Shown here: piece after piece, positions 62,112 to 64,000 of the stretch | Layout: each line of letters begins with the position of its first letter | How positions within the stretch are numbered: position 1 is the stretch's first letter | From: Marsupella aquatica | Lineage: Eukaryota; Plantae; Marchantiophyta | DNA: 64,000 nt | NCBI GenBank assembly: GCA_973895155.1 | Contig: OZ316899.1 | Span: forward strand, 11,595,775 to 11,659,774 | Reading direction: 5' to 3' | Notes under the pieces: generated by a model | Seen by the model: only the letters and a program-made list of their open reading frames with translations | Told to the model about the DNA's origin: nothing | Databases searched by the model: none | Position numbers and translations under genes: made by a program

Positions 62112-64000
62112 TCTACCCCAAAGATGTTGAGGGCAAGTAGTCCGCACATCCTCCCATATTCTAGGGCTCTGGAACGTGCATAGGTGGAGTGGTTAGGAGA
62201 TGTCGGCATCTCCCAACGCAGCCTTCGTTCCCATGTTGCCCTCTGTATTTCATCAAACGTGGGCAAAGGCCCGGCTTGAGTCCCTGCAAGACGCCAAATG
62301 TCCTCCGACCATCCTTTGCCTGACAAATCCTTCTCCTTGGCCAGGGTTGCTTCCTCCAGGTCACTAAATCGCTGCTGCAACTCGTGATCAACCTGTTGTC
62401 TCTCATCGTAATTTGGAGGAGGTATGTCCGATGGGGGAGACTTTGGGGCCTTTTGGTGTTGTGGATCCCCACGCACCACTCTTGGAAGTGTGGGGATAAA
62501 ACGGCCACAGGTTTGCACCCCTGGTACCGAGCAATCCGACCTGTAACCCAAGTCCTTGTGGTATTCCTCCACGTGCTCCCCGGCTTCCGGACATCTTGGT
62601 GCCTGCGGATCCTCTCTAGGACTAGCCGCAAACCCGACATCATGCCGGGGACTATGTATGCGTGCGACTTGCTCTTCTGGCTCCCGCACCCGGCCTCTGC
62701 TAGTGGGGGGTCCACCCCTATGGCTTTTGCACTCCTTCTCAAGACTGAGAACCCTGGGTCCATGTCCCTCGGATTCTGAACTGGAGTTTCCTACATACCT
62801 TTGCATTCCCGGCTCATTTTCCGGCCTGCTTCTCTTCACGGCCCCGGCCATGGGTTCTCCTCTAGCTGTTCTTGCGGTGCCTGCTACCGCTGCCTCTGGT
62901 GCTAATGCCGCCTTCTCCTTCTTTAGTATCTGTAGAAGATGGATTACGTTGGAGGTGAGATAGAAGTCCCTCCCGTAGATCTTGGTTGAGCTGGACTTGT
63001 GGTCCCATGATCCCACAAATTCCAGTAAGTCTGACTCCAACACCTTTGGCTTCAGCCACGGCAATCTAACAAAGTCCTCCAAGCCTGATCCGGCCATGAA
63101 GCCCTGGTACTTTTTGGTCTGCATGGCTGTAAAGCATGCATCCTCCTCTCGTGCAAAATGTAGCTATACCGCCGGCGGTATTATTGTTGCCCAGCCCTTC
63201 CAGGTGTCATCTCGGGTAGGGATGGCATTGACTGGGTCAACTTCCGGTTCCTTGGCTCCCTGCTCTCTCTGGCTCCCTTGTTTGGCCGGTCTTCTTGATA
63301 CTGTCAACCTTGTCCTCTTGGCTGGTGTGTTTTCTTTGTTGTTGGCCATCGTTCTCTTCATTTCAGCTGCTCCTGACAATTCTCCCAACACTGTTGCTTT
63401 CGCCCACACCGCCATCCAACCCTTCAGGTCCCAATGTTTGTCGTTGCAGTTGTTTATGGCTTGCCGAATGCCGACAATTCTATTGTCTTGAATTAGAAGA
63501 TTGTCAAGCCCATTGGCAATAGGTGTCCACACAATTCAGCCTTGATGAACTCTCCTCCTAAGAAGGCCAACTTTTGCAATTCCCACAGCCAAGCAAGCAC
63601 TTGTCGCTCGCGGGCTGCTCTTTCTAATTCTTCCTCCTTGTAGGTCCCAACGTACTCACTTGCCCGTTTGAACAGGCATCCCCAAAAATGTGTCGCTTGA
63701 TTGATGTTGCTCATTCCGTCCTTTGTCGTTGCTTGGTAGCTGCTTATGCCCCCGTGTTCTCCTTTGCAGTTGACAGTCGTTGGCTTCTGCTTGCACTCTG
63801 CTTGATCAAGGTGCAAAATGTGAGCCGCCACTCCTGGGTGACCTTGCCTTACCCCCCCTCCGGCTTGCGCTGCTTGCCTTGGTTACTGATTACCAATAGC
63901 CATCAGCATTAACGTGCCCTAACCCTAATTGCAACCCATAGTGGCCATTACTCCTCTTACTCCCGGCCTCGGCTTGGGTTCCATGTATACCCTTAGTTGT
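62112..64000 (-). mobile_element. Family B LTR fragment with ORF 5' half (internally deleted); runs out of the window
   Basis: MSNINQATHFWGCLF (ATG 63714), MQTKKYQGFMAGSGLEDFVRLPWLKP, VPGVQTCGRFIPTLPRVVRGDP; collinear with 20195-22235. Confidence 0.85.

Overview
Repeat-dense eukaryotic DNA, most likely from a non-seed land plant (inferred from the mix of Sola-like, Harbinger, Bianca-type Copia and non-chromovirus Gypsy elements, plus an intron-bearing plant-type RPL5 remnant). No intact host gene was found. Two results stand out. (1) Several non-chromovirus Ty3/Gypsy families have very long LTRs (3.4-4.7 kb), and each LTR contains a whole ~700-1130-codon gene of one protein family (conserved globular core plus C-terminal coiled coil). 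Evidence: a full-length element with a perfect CTCAG target-site duplication (38887-50952), a 4.7-kb solo LTR with a near-perfect TSD (19819-24515), a third 4.5-kb LTR followed by PBS and gag (57621-62111), and several nested fragments. (2) Two decayed, mutually homologous cargo modules lie beside DNA-transposon transposases (Sola-like DDD at 0.9-4.2 kb; Harbinger at 29.2-30.5 kb). Between them they carry ParB/Srx-like, Ulp1 SUMO-protease, methyltransferase-like and FCP1/NIF phosphatase-like domains, and each is followed by a motif array with an exact 22-bp period. Also present: a truncated Bianca Copia with a half-tRNA-Ile PBS, a SWIM-finger remnant, two related MITEs, a LINE 3' fragment and a perfect 37-bp hairpin. 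All family assignments rest on motifs read by eye; no searches were run.
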